Part shown: positions 14,706 to 25,450 of the stretch, piece after piece
Position numbering within the stretch: position 1 is the first letter of the stretch
Layout: each line of letters starts with the position of its first letter
NCBI RefSeq assembly: GCF_964355755.1
Contig: NC_092671.1
Span: 18,042,001-18,106,000 of the forward strand
DNA from: Antedon mediterranea
Lineage: Eukaryota; Animalia; Echinodermata
Direction: 5' to 3'
DNA length: 64,000 nucleotides
Program-made: the position numbers and the translations under genes
The notes under the pieces: model-generated
The model's input: only the letters and a program-made list of their open reading frames with translations
The model's database searches: none
Told to the model about the DNA's origin: nothing

Positions 14706-15550
14706 ATGGAATAAAATCACTATATAGTTGTTGAGATTACGTAAAAAATAATGTGTTCCAATGCTTCAATTTTTGGTGACTTTTAATATGTCATTATAAA
14801 CTACATTTGGAATGAAAAAATTAATGTTTCGTTACTATTGCAATTTGTGGTGGGTTTACCTCTAAATATCACTAGATTGACTGGACTATATAGGCCTAAT
14901 TCAATGATAATACATTGGCTATATAAAATGTTAAATTCGACACTATATGCTTACGATGTCGGTCAATAAGTTCAATTTATTTTAATTTTATTTTATTTCA
15001 CATACATCCAACAGCGGTATCGCCAATTACATGATGCCTTAAGGATAATAAGCTAAATTCATGTGTACTTTTTTTACAACACATCTGGCTTGTTAAAATA
15101 GCAAACGTACACTGGTCTACTGTACCCGCAATGGACCAACCCAATCTCTCTCCATATTATATGCCGTTTGTATATTGCTTCGTTCTATTAATTAACCATG
15201 CATGGCAGATTGTAACTAGCGCCATCACATTAATTCGTTTGTTTTGAACAAAGTATTCGGTACAACCAGTACTACAGTTTTTACTCGGGGTACCCGAGTC
15301 TAGGACTTACTCATTTTCTCCTCTTCTTCCTCCATCTGGACACTATTGAGTAAAAAGTGCGATTTTTAAAGTACTACTCCTCCCTTATTCGTTGTAGTAT
15401 TGAGCTGGGATTTGGCATGAACATACTACAGGGACATGTCCTCAAAGCTATAGAGCCGGATTTTTAATTTTTTGTTAATTAATTTGTTTAATTAAGAATC
15501 CACAATGTGTGACACACACCACAGCGTTATGTAGTTATATGGTTATATGC

Positions 15551-15623
15551 GGATTCTTGGCGTAGTGGTTATCACGTTTGCTCAACACGCAGAAGGTACC
15601 TGGTTCGAGCCCGGACGAAACCT
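15551..15623 (+). pseudogene. tRNA-Val(AAC)-derived sequence, copy A1 (degenerate)
   Basis: TGGCGTAGTGGTTATCACG-TTTGC-TCAACAC-GCAGA...GGTTCGAGCCC has A and B boxes and a following T8 run, but the acceptor and T stems carry mismatches. Confidence 0.7.
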
Positions 15624-15837
15624 TTTTTTTAAACGTTATGGTGAAAAGTACTCTATACGCAATATGATAATTATACACAGTATATCTTATTTTTATTATT
15701 TTTTTAAATACTTATTTTGTGTAATCGGTAATTATCACTTTTACACATGTTTATTTTTCTTTGTGCTTATTACCATATTTATTTGTAACTTAAATGGATT
15801 AAAAAACTTTCTGTAACCCACATTTTTAGTGTAAGTG

Positions 15838-15909
15838 GTTTTCGTAGTGTAGTGGTTGTCAAGTCTGCTTAACACGCAGAAGGTCCCGGTTCGAGCCCTG
15901 GCGAAACCT
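15838..15909 (+). pseudogene. tRNA-Val(AAC)-like sequence, copy B1
   Basis: GTTTTCGTAGTGTAGTGGTTGTCAAG-TCTGC-TTAACAC-GCAGA-AGGTCCCGGTTCGAGCCCTGGCGAAACC. The anticodon arm is perfect; the D and T stems have defects. Confidence 0.7.
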
Positions 15910-16070
15910 CGGGTTTCTTTTACTTTATGGTGAAATAACTGTATACGTCTGTATACAGCTTCTTTCGCTGTACCCCGAGTATTGCACATTCGTGCTTTTT
16001 TGTTAATTAATTTGTTTAATTAAGAAGCCACAATGTGTGACACACACCACAGCGTTATGTAGTTATATGC

Positions 16071-16143
16071 GGCTTCTTGGCGTAGTGGTTATCACGTTTG
16101 CTCAATACGCAGAAGGTACCTGGTTCGAGCCCGGGCTAAACCT
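16071..16143 (+). pseudogene. tRNA-Val-derived sequence, copy A2 (anticodon mutated to AAT)
   Basis: Duplicate of A1 in the second repeat unit. Loop reads TCAATAC, the acceptor stem is broken, and oligo-T follows. Confidence 0.65.
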
Positions 16144-16352
16144 TTTTTTTTAAACTTTATGGTGAAAAGTACTGTATACGCAATATGATAATTATACACA
16201 GTATATCTTATTATTATTTTTTAAAATACTTATTTTGTGTAATCGGTAATTATCACTTTTACACATGTTTATTTTGCTTTGTGCTTATTACCATTTATTT
16301 GTAATTTAAATGGATTAAAAAACTTTCTGTAACCCACAATTTTAATGTAAGA

Positions 16353-16424
16353 GGTTTCGTAGTGTAGTGGTTGTCAAGTCTGCTTAACACGCAGAAGGTC
16401 CCGGTTCGAGCCCTGGCGAAACCT
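16353..16424 (+). tRNA. tRNA-Val(AAC)-like gene, copy B2 (best preserved; probably a pseudogene)
   Basis: Perfect 7-bp acceptor stem GGTTTCG/CGAAACC, perfect anticodon arm TCTGC-TTAACAC-GCAGA, B box GGTTCGAGCC and a T5 run downstream. There is a D-stem mismatch and a shortened, mismatched T stem. Confidence 0.55.
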
Positions 16425-16799
16425 ATTTTTCTTTAACTTTCTAACTGTATACGTCTGTATACAGCTTCTTTCGCTGTACCCCGAGTATTGCACATTCGTG
16501 CTTGTTGTGTATAAACTAGGTTATTAGTAGGTGACTCTATCTAATCCTACTTCCTAAGTTTATAAGCACAATCAATTTATTTATTATGTAATTGCCGAGT
16601 TTCTCGCTGTTAATGGGAAGAAAAAGAAAGAATATACAGTTTTTGAACTGGAACTGTGACACTATGCGCGTCATTGACGTACGTATTCAACGCTTTTTTT
16701 TTTACTGTGTCGGGGCTCTATTACTTTCCATAGAAAATGTTTTAAATTGGTTTGTAAATTATCTGAAAAAACAGAAAACTGTTTGTATACTGCAACAAT

Positions 16800-17637
16800 A
16801 GAAAATCTAAACTGAGAGATATTAACAGTGGTGTTCCGCAAGGAAGTGTCCTTGGGCCCATCCTTTTTCTTCTTTTTATTAATGATATTTCGCAGTCTGT
16901 TATAAATGGAACTTGCAGCATTTTTGCTGTTGTTGTGTGTATACTACTGGTAATTCAACTAAGTCTGTAAACGATTCTCTACAAATAATCATGAATAATG
17001 TTAGTGAATGGTATAATAGAAACCAACTCTCAATCAATACAGACAAAACTAAGGTCATGTTACTCAGAAACAGTCGTTCAGTAGATAATATCCAACTGGA
17101 TATTAAAATTGGGCCCACCAAAATTGAACAAGTTGATAGCATAAGATATCTGGGAGTTATTATAGATGAAATGTTAACGTGGAAACAGAATACCCAGTCT
17201 ATCAGTAAAAATATTGGGTATAAAATTTCAATTTTGAGTAAAATGGCGGGATTTCTAAATAAATCATTATTAGAAACGTTGTTTTTGAGTAGGCCTACCA
17301 TACAACCTTGTAGTGACTATGCGATAACTGTTTGGGGAAATACCTCTGAGCAAAACAAGAATATCTTGAAGCGTCTTCATATAGAAGAGCGGCTCGCATT
17401 GTTACCCAAAATTTTGATTTTGTTGACGTGAGGGGTGATGACATAATTCAGGATCTTTCCTGGAAAACATTTGAAGAGAGAAGAGATTTTTATCTAGCTA
17501 GTCTAATGTATAAATGTATCCACGGCCTTGCGCCAACCAGATTGACAGATGAAATTGAACTAATTGGGAATGTACACACCCATTCAACGCGTGGAGTAGA
17601 CAACTTAAATGTTGTTATACTGTAGCCTACCCCATAA
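16800..17637 (+). mobile_element. CR1/L2-group LINE RT, 5'-truncated; left part, split by the Academ insertion
   Basis: SGVPQGSVLGPILFLLFINDI, a mutated FADD motif (FAVV), INTDKTKVM, RYLGVIID, IQPCSDYAITVWG, MYKCIHGLAP. Frameshifted. Confidence 0.9.
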
Positions 17638-18882
17638 TAGACTAGTCCAGATAGTCATATTTCCACTCTAATAAGATGCTGTAGGCATTTCGTGTTAAAA
17701 GCGAATAAACATGTGTTTTAGGGTAATTTTGGGGTGCTGAATTCAAATTTGCTGTTTACCCAGCTCAATTTTTAGATCTTCACCCTTAAAATGTGAAAAA
17801 CAAAATGGCCGCCATTTCAGACTTATTTTGGCTTATGACTTGACTTTTAAGTGACGTAGCAAGTTAAAAATGGTGTCTATACCTATGTTTGTGATAGTGA
17901 AGATTCCAACTATATTGTTATTAAAGTTGCAAATATTTTATTTCAGCCGCCATGTTGAAATCCAAGATGGCCGCCATTTTAAACGTATTTTGGCTTATAA
18001 CTTGACTTTTAATTAACATAGCAAGTTAAAATTAGTTTCTATACCTATGTTTGTGATACTGAGGATTCCAAATATATTGTTATTAAAGTTGTAAATATTC
18101 TATTTCAACCTCCATGTTGGGATTCAAGATGGTCGCCATTTAAAACGTATTTTGGCTTATAACTTAACATATAAGTAACATAGTAGGTTAGAAATGATGT
18201 CTATACAGTACCTATATTTGTTATACTGAGGATTCCAAATATATTGTTATTAAAGTTGTAAATATTCTATTTCAGTCGCCATGTTGGAATTCAAGATGGT
18301 CGCCATTTAAAACGTATTTTGGCTTATAACTTGACATATAAGTAACATAGTAGGTTAGAAATGATGTCTATACAGTATCTATGTTTGTGATACTGAGGAT
18401 TCCAAATATATTGTTATTAAAGTTGTAAACAGCCGCCATGTTGAAATCAAAGATGGCGCCTATTTTAAACACACACACACACACACAGGGTAGTAACAAA
18501 GTGCGAGGCAAACAAACAAATGAAAATGAAAAACTCACAAAGGGATTGTTCTTTATGTGTAAAATATTTTAAAACGAGATAGATGATAATGATCATCATT
18601 GTCAAGTGTTTAGAAAAATTAATGAAAAAAGGAGGTAATACGGAATTCATAAATGTAAAAATGTTACTGATGACATTTGGAATTAACAAAAATGTGTTAA
18701 ATAATATGATTTAATGACATGAGATAATAGGAATGTGAATAAAAGTAGTGTTTGCGCCACAAAAGAGAAAAATATATATATATACAGTATATAAACATCA
18801 CAGAATAAATTCTAATCCGCCCGATATAATGAAATTTAATTAGAAAGAATAAAAATGACGAAACCTGTGTGAGAATGAGAAA

Positions 18883-18960
18883 AAGCCCTCTCCGAGATTC
18901 AAACCCGGAACCTTCTGCTTGATATGCAGATCTCCTAACCATTAGACCACTGGGATTTGC
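18883..18960 (-). repeat. Degenerate tRNA-derived (SINE-head-like) sequence
   Basis: The minus strand reads CCCAGTGGTCTAATGGTTAGGAGA-TCTGC-ATATCAA-GCAGA-AGGTTCCGGGTTTGAATCTCGG..., followed by a T run. A- and B-box-like motifs are present; the acceptor stem is poor. Confidence 0.55.
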
Positions 18961-19329
18961 ATTGTATTGTTCCAATTCGATTGTGCGAGGCAGCGAGGCA
19001 CACCAAATATAAGTGTGAGGCATACGAGTTATATAGTTTACAATTTCAAAAAGGTGCGAGGCATATAGTTTACAATTTCAAAAAGGTGCGAGGCATTTCT
19101 TAACGTGCTATTATGCTATATTATAGGCCTAATAATCAATTATTTATATTTTTAAAATAGGCCTAGCGTATCGAAATAGATTCGTGTATACACTCATCAT
19201 GCTATGTTGTATATTTTTATGTAACGATTGTTTTTTTCATTCAAGTCATAAGGCTGGTATAAGTTGACAACAATGTTCAAATTGTTTGTTCATAATGATA
19301 ATGAAAGAGTTGGTCAAAAAGACTTCACA

Positions 19330-19600
19330 GAATTAATTCAATACAACAACAACGTATTTATATCAAAACATTTCTCGGAATAGAAATAGATTGTAAAATT
19401 GGTAAAAAAACAAACATGTTAAATGTATACAAACAACAATTGATAAAGACATCAGTATAATAATAATATATAAATTGAGAAAACTGCTAAAAAGTAGTGT
19501 ATAATTTATTTTATTTATGCATTGATATTACCATATATTAATGATTGTTGTGAAATTTGGGGTAACACTTATAAAAGTACAGTACAAAATGTTTACAAAA
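19330..19600 (+). mobile_element. Highly decayed CR1/L2-group LINE fragment inside the Academ element
   Basis: TFLGIEID and ALILPYINDCCEIWGNTYKS motifs. Confidence 0.55.
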
Positions 19601-20279
19601 AAAAAGTACTGTAATTTATAAAATTATCAATAGTGTAAGATGATAGCATTAGCCATAGTAGTAAATGATACTGGATACCAGAGGAAGTAGAGGTTTCGTT
19701 TTGAGGTTTTTTCATCTACAGTATTATATATAATGCCTTCAATTCAGAATAAGGAAATAGAATTAAGCTTCACGGCCAAAATGATAATAGAGGACTAAAA
19801 CAAAGTGGAATGCGCGTCAATTTCTCATGCATTTATTGGTGAAAAACACTTTTAATCTCAATATCTTTTTGTTAATTTGTCAACAAAAATGCTGTAATAT
19901 GTTACTGCTGATACTGTTCTGTTTTCAAAGAATAATAATCGATCCTAAATTTTGGGAAATGATAAAATGATGCCTCGCATTTTTTGATGATGGTAAAACG
20001 ATGCCTCGCATACATTTCTGACTTGCCTTGCTTTTGCGCATATCCTAGGCCTGTTGTGCATGTAGTTCTCTGTGTCCTGGGGACCTTTGAACACCTGCAC
20101 ATAGCCGGCCTAGCCCATTAAACAATTATTACGAAATAAACATTAAGCTATATATTGCAATTAGTGGTAATATGTAGGCCTACACACATAAATATAAGTT
20201 TAATTTATAGTATAATAATTAGATATCAAATTAATAGTTTTCATACAATAATATCGTGGATTTATATAGCGCCTAATGT

Positions 20280-21316
20280 TGTGAAACATTATTACCCCAG
20301 TCTATGGGATCAAACGTGTATGGAAACATCCAAAATTGAAATGACACATGAAATAAATAATGTCATATTGCAGTTCTTGGTATAACAAGTGAGCATCTTC
20401 ATCTGCAATCAAAGTTGCTATTTCATTGCCAGCATTTTACCTGTTTGGTGACCAAGTCAACAACTTTTTTGGCTTATATTATAATGCTGTTTCCAAGATT
20501 CATCGAACATAAAGTACATTATATTGTGCCAACAAGGATGAAGAACCATCAGTTAAAGATACTGCATATCAACGGTATTCAAAGGGTTTGGGTAATTTTC
20601 TAACTTGCCATCACTACCGGTGACCGGTAAACAAGCTTTGTTCTTATGTCATCCACACCAGCATTTGTTATAAATCTTTATGAATTTGAAATAATTTGAA
20701 ATGGTGAATAAATTGATAATTGGTACTTAATTACAGTATTTAAATTTCTACAACAAGCAGTATTTAACTTCCTTGGCAAAAAAATTCAGGAAATGGAATC
20801 GAAACTTTGAATGCAGATGGAGCATTAAATCTATTAGGGGCCTACTATTACTTTGCCATCATTAATAAAATATTTTAAGACAGAACAAGCAATATAGTGG
20901 AAAAATCTGTAGTTAAAGAAAACACTGGGGAGCAAATGGCAACATCTTCAATGGCATTTCGAATGAGAAACGATCTGTACTTGCAAAGAAACAAAGATAT
21001 GAATTATGAATGAATTCGAAACATGCATCTTTTGTTCAGTCCAAAATTAACAGGACATCTGATTAATAATAATTAATAGTAATTCACTTACAGTAGGTGG
21101 TCTATAAGTAAAACCAACCGTTATAAGGAGATAATATACAGGGCTTCAAAATGGTAAATGGCGGCCATTTTTAATTTATGCTAATGAACCCACTTCACGA
21201 TGTCCGATTTTGGTAAACTTTGGATATGATGTTAATTTGGACCATATCAACCAGACAAAACAAAAACAAATTATGTTGCAATTTGTTCTAGGTTCAATCA
21301 TACTTTTACTGGACTA
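20280..21316 (-). mobile_element. Remnant of another Academ family (one terminus plus decayed transposase pieces) nested in the 17638-22048 element
   Basis: The terminus ...TTGCAATTTG...TACTGGACTA ends at 21316 and resembles the end of the 10828 element. Minus-strand fragments VDDIRTKL...GKLE and FDPIDWG resemble the Academ C-terminal region. Confidence 0.45.
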
Positions 21317-22051
21317 AAGGTAGAAACCATTTTTAACTTGCTATGTTAATTAAAAGTCAAGTTATAAGCCAAAATACGTTTAAAATGATGGCGGCCATCT
21401 TGGATTTCAACATGGCGGCTGAAATAGAATATTTGCAACTTTAATAACAATATATTTGGAATCCTCAGTATCACAAACATAGGTACTGTATAGACATCAT
21501 TTCTAACCTACTATGTTACTTATATGTCAAGTTATTAGCCAACATACGTTTTAAATGGCGACCATCTTGAATTCCAACATGGAGGCTGAAATAGAATATT
21601 TACAACTTTAATAACAATATATTTGGAATCCTCAGTATCACAAACATATGTATAGAAACTATTTTTAACTTGCTATGTTAATTAAAAGTCAAGTTATAAG
21701 CAAAAATACGTTTAAAATGGCGGCCATCTTGGATTTCAACATGGCGGCTGAAATAGAATATTTTCAACTTTAATAACAATATAGTTGGAATCTTCACTAT
21801 CACAAACATAGGTATAGACACCATTTTTAACTTGCTACGTCACTTAAAAGTCAAGTTATAAGCCAAAATAAGTCTGAAACTGGCGGCCATTTTGTTTTTC
21901 ACATTTTAAGGGTGAAGATCTAAAAATTGAGCCGGGTAAACAGCAAATTTGAATTCAGCACCCCAAAATTACTCTAAAACACATGTTTATTCGCTTTTAA
22001 CACGAAATGCCTACAGCATTTCATTTTTCTCAAATCTGGACTAGTCTATAA

Positions 22052-22360
22052 TACCCGTAGCAAAATGGATTCGTCTTTTAAAGTTGCAGGCGGAAAAATA
22101 TGGAATGACTTGCCAGCAGATATAAAACATTCACCCACGATTATGTCCTTTAAAGCTAGATACAGATCTCATTTCTTTTCATAACATTAACTTCCAGTTT
22201 ATATTTTTTGTTGCTTTTATTATTAATTGTAATTGTATAAGATTTAAATTTGTATCCGTTGTTGGCGACAGGACCACAATGCAAAACAAGTTTATTTCTA
22301 CTTGATTGTGTATTATCCTGTATAAATATGTTGTTAAATAAATAAATAAATAAATAAATA
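22052..22360 (+). mobile_element. 3' end of the CR1/L2-group LINE (C-terminus, 3' UTR and (TAAA)n tail)
   Basis: NTRSKMDSSFKVAGGKIWNDLPADIKHSPTIMSFKARY follows directly after the TSD. (TAAA)n tail at about 22335-22358. Confidence 0.88.
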
Positions 22361-23439
22361 TGAAAACATAATTTTCCATTGATTTGTATGATCTGTTTGT
22401 TAATCACTCTCAAAAGTATTCTAATGTTTTTTTTTGTATTGAATAATATAAATTTAAGCAGTAGGTATATCTCCTGAGATTCGAGTCACATGGGTTTAGA
22501 GACATTATTACTGTAAGGCATTGTTTGCAATGTACCTTACGTTATTTTTATCATAATCCCACCTTGAACGTGAATTTGGAATTGTTCCTATGGACACATG
22601 GTGATATTAGGCCTACTCTCTATGTTTTACATTAATGTATACGTGGTTCATATGTCATAGCATATTATAGAGTTACATCACATTTCACTTTAATGACTAT
22701 TGTTTCCTATAGGCCTACAGTAGTGTGTAGCCTCAACAGTCAATATGACATATTGCTATTAAACTATTTGAATATACTGATTGTAACATTATTAATAATT
22801 AATATATGTATTATTTGCAGAAAACTAATAAACAACAACAATTATTGACACTAATGATATAATTTAGGCCTATAAAATCAAAACCGTCGCATCGGTCATA
22901 ATAACCGAGAGCATTAATGAGCCGAGTGTATCCTAACATTTTTTTAAATATCACCACAATATTGAAATACACATTATTATTAACATATATTTATTTCACG
23001 GAAGAGCTATAAGTTAATCACGGTCAATAAAAATCAAGGTTATTATAATCCAGTCTTATTTAAAATTCATAGCAATTAATAAGACAATAAGCTCAATGAT
23101 TGCCGCCATAATTTCATTGATTTTTAATCTCAATAGGTCGCCCTACTTAAAGTTGAATTCACAGAATCAACTAAATCAATTTAATGAAAAATATTTATTT
23201 ACTTAAATTAACTTTACAGCCATCGGCTGAAGGAAGTGCAGAATAAATTAAGTAAAATTTGCCGATTAGTTTAATCAAAGAATAAAAAATATAATAAATA
23301 GAGCAAATCCAAATAGTGATCCGATTCTCGGTACTGTATCTAGATTTCTCCAGTGTCACAAATATTCGGTAATTCAGCATCATAATTATGTTTACGTGTA
23401 CCGCCGTAACCTAACCGTACATGCCCCGCATGTCGCGAT

Positions 23440-23610
23440 AGGGGCAAATACTGTCGTATGTGCATGAGATGATGAAAGGTGTATTTAAACTCGACTTCGA
23501 CTCGTTGATATATAACCTTTCATCATTCACCAAATGCCATTATTTGTACCATTACACGAATATAAAACATTCATTATTTGTTTTATTCAACATCTAAATA
23601 GATTCCTGTC
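23440..23610. repeat. Hairpin-containing dispersed repeat remnant, class unknown
   Basis: Inverted repeat ATGATGAAAGGT...ACCTTTCATCAT surrounds CTCGACTTCGACTCG. Confidence 0.4.
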
Positions 23611-25311
23611 ATTTGAATTAGATTGAATAAAATGTAGGAATTCTTGGCCTACATTTGATTTACATTGAAACAGTATTCAATTCAATTCACATTTATTCAG
23701 CAATATAAATACGCATAGGGATTGTAGAGACAAGTAATACTTTTTAAAAAAATATAAGCAAAAGTATAAATACATATAATAGTATAGTAACATTTTTAAT
23801 TATTTAGTTTTTAATAATAATTATATTAAATATTACATTTATTTGGATTTATAAATACACCTACTGTTTAGTGTTAATTTATGTCAAGAAACGACCAAAC
23901 AATCCTACTGTAGATAGGCTAGAAGTGCAGCGACACCATTACAAAACTTCGATCGGCAACTGGAACGCATCCAGGCTACTTCAAGATTCCACGTCTTGTA
24001 GAGAGATGTTCAAAATCATTCAAACAATCTAAAGCTAATTTAAATGCTTTTTTGGTCTAAATTAGTGCATAATTATATATCTCCAAAAATGTACTTCCGT
24101 CGCGATACCAATCATCAAACACATCTTCGCGGTGGAAGTACAAAATGGGTGACGTTATTATACTTCAAAAGTAATAGTATAAAGAAAATAATATGTTTCA
24201 AACGAGAACAACCGTTCAAATAGTGCGTACTATTGCAGGCCATGTGTTTCCAATCAAATTTAAAATAATATCCTTGTGTTGTCCAAAATGTCGTGATACG
24301 TTCATGTGCAGACTCTCACTCGGCCTTGGTGTTTATCCGTTCACTGCACTCTGTATCTAATGTCTTCAGGTATCAGTAAATTCTGACGGTCACATGTATC
24401 ACATATGAAGCCTGTATCATACATCATACATGCCAAAAAGTATTACGGAATTGCATAATTGGAGGTAATGCCATATGTGGAGATACATTACACATGCCTG
24501 GTTAGTTTACTAAATATATGATATTGATTAATAATAAATATATACTAGCATACAGTTGATTGATCAAATATAACTTGGCATAGACTTTTATACGATATTT
24601 GCATTTTTTTTTAAATTTTACGTAGGACATCAACATCTTTTAGACGTAAAAATATAGAATACCACTTGGAGATTATGGTTAAACACTACAATCAGGACAG
24701 CGTGATCTTTACGCGCATGCTCCAGTAATAAAGGCATGAACTGTAAATTGACACTCATGAATCTTAAAGTCAACCCGACATGCGAATATCTAATTATAAT
24801 AATCATGATGATGATACAAATTTAATATTACAGCGTTAGGTCACTTATTAAACAATATGCTAATGTTTGTAATTATTACCTGACAAGCAGAGATAAATAA
24901 TTATATTCCTCTGATTGAATTGTGATCAACTTGGCAATAACGACCGGATGTGCATTGAATTTTCTGTTAAGAGATACGAGCCGATCTGAAGCCTACCAAA
25001 TACGGCTAATGGATATTTGAAACGAATAGAGAATCATTCACACAACGCGGAACATTGAAAGCAAAGGATTATCCGGTCTTCAACTGATTTCTGAAGTATA
25101 TTAACAATATCGTCGTCTTCTATATTTTCATACCAATTTCCTTCTCTCTAATTCATTCTCCTTCATACTCAAGCAATCACTCGTCACTCACCTCAAAACC
25201 CACGCATGGCCAAAGTGCTCTCAAAATGACCAGTCATATAGGACCTACGAAACCCTGTTTATGGAAGAAACCTTGTTTATTTCCCCCTTGCCTGTTGTTA
25301 CCTGTCAACAC

Positions 25312-25450
25312 TAAGCTTTTTTCCCACACGCCATGACGTAGCTGAATTCGACCGTTAAAACGCGATGGACACCATATCTGTCACTCATGGTCAACTCACT
25401 TCCATTGCGCCTACGTAGTTGCGTTGCGCTCAAGTGAGAACCAAGCTTTA
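25312..25450. mobile_element. Short palindromic MITE (AGCTTGGTTCCCAC-type TIR, Harbinger/Tourist-like), degenerate
   Basis: TAAGCTTTTTTCCCAC...GTGAGAACCAAGCTTTA. Related copies lie at about 38200-38353 and 43428-43580, with a stub at about 5913. Confidence 0.6.

Larger units (their letters stand above)
10828..14888 (+). mobile_element. Decayed Academ (AcademX-type) DNA transposon with a transposase/XPG-like nuclease remnant
   Basis: TIR TAGTCCAGTCAATCTA...TAGATTGACTGGACTA continues as an imperfect inverted repeat of about 130 bp; 3-bp TSD TAT (10825-10827 / 14889-14891). Frameshifted coding remnants at about 11250-12990: WAGLSTDL.VIEKVSMRSLK, VQYILDGSALLH, LFAHAIL..DTTSRVFGIGK, EDWGWK and a Cys-rich tail. 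These match the Academ DDE+XPG+Cys-finger protein as I recall it. Confidence 0.85.
15280..16506 (+). mobile_element. Non-autonomous Helentron-type (HINE/DINE-1-like) element with a duplicated 3' part of about 520 bp and tRNA-Val-derived cargo
   Basis: 5' subterminal repeat TACTCGGGGTAC (15282-15293) overlaps a small hairpin. Its exact inverse GTACCCCGAGTA lies at 15970 and 16476, each followed by the stem-loop GCAC-ATTC-GTGC and T-rich sequence. No TSD; the element sits in a T run. Confidence 0.7.
17638..22048. mobile_element. 4.4-kb foldback-like Academ-type DNA transposon with long modular inverted arms and internal cargo
   Basis: 15-bp TIR TAGACTAGTCCAGAT and 3-bp TSD TAA (17635-17637 / 22049-22051). 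The arms 17638-18465 and 21318-22048 are inverted copies built from 162/167-bp units. Removing the element rejoins the LINE. Confidence 0.9.

Noticed and set aside
15551-16424. Functional four-gene tRNA-Val cluster
   Set aside because: Stem mismatches, a shortened T arm, one mutated anticodon and the location inside a duplicated mobile element point to derived copies.
17800-18465. CRISPR-like repeat array
   Set aside because: The units are contiguous 162/167-bp tandem repeats with no unique spacers, in a eukaryotic context with no cas genes.
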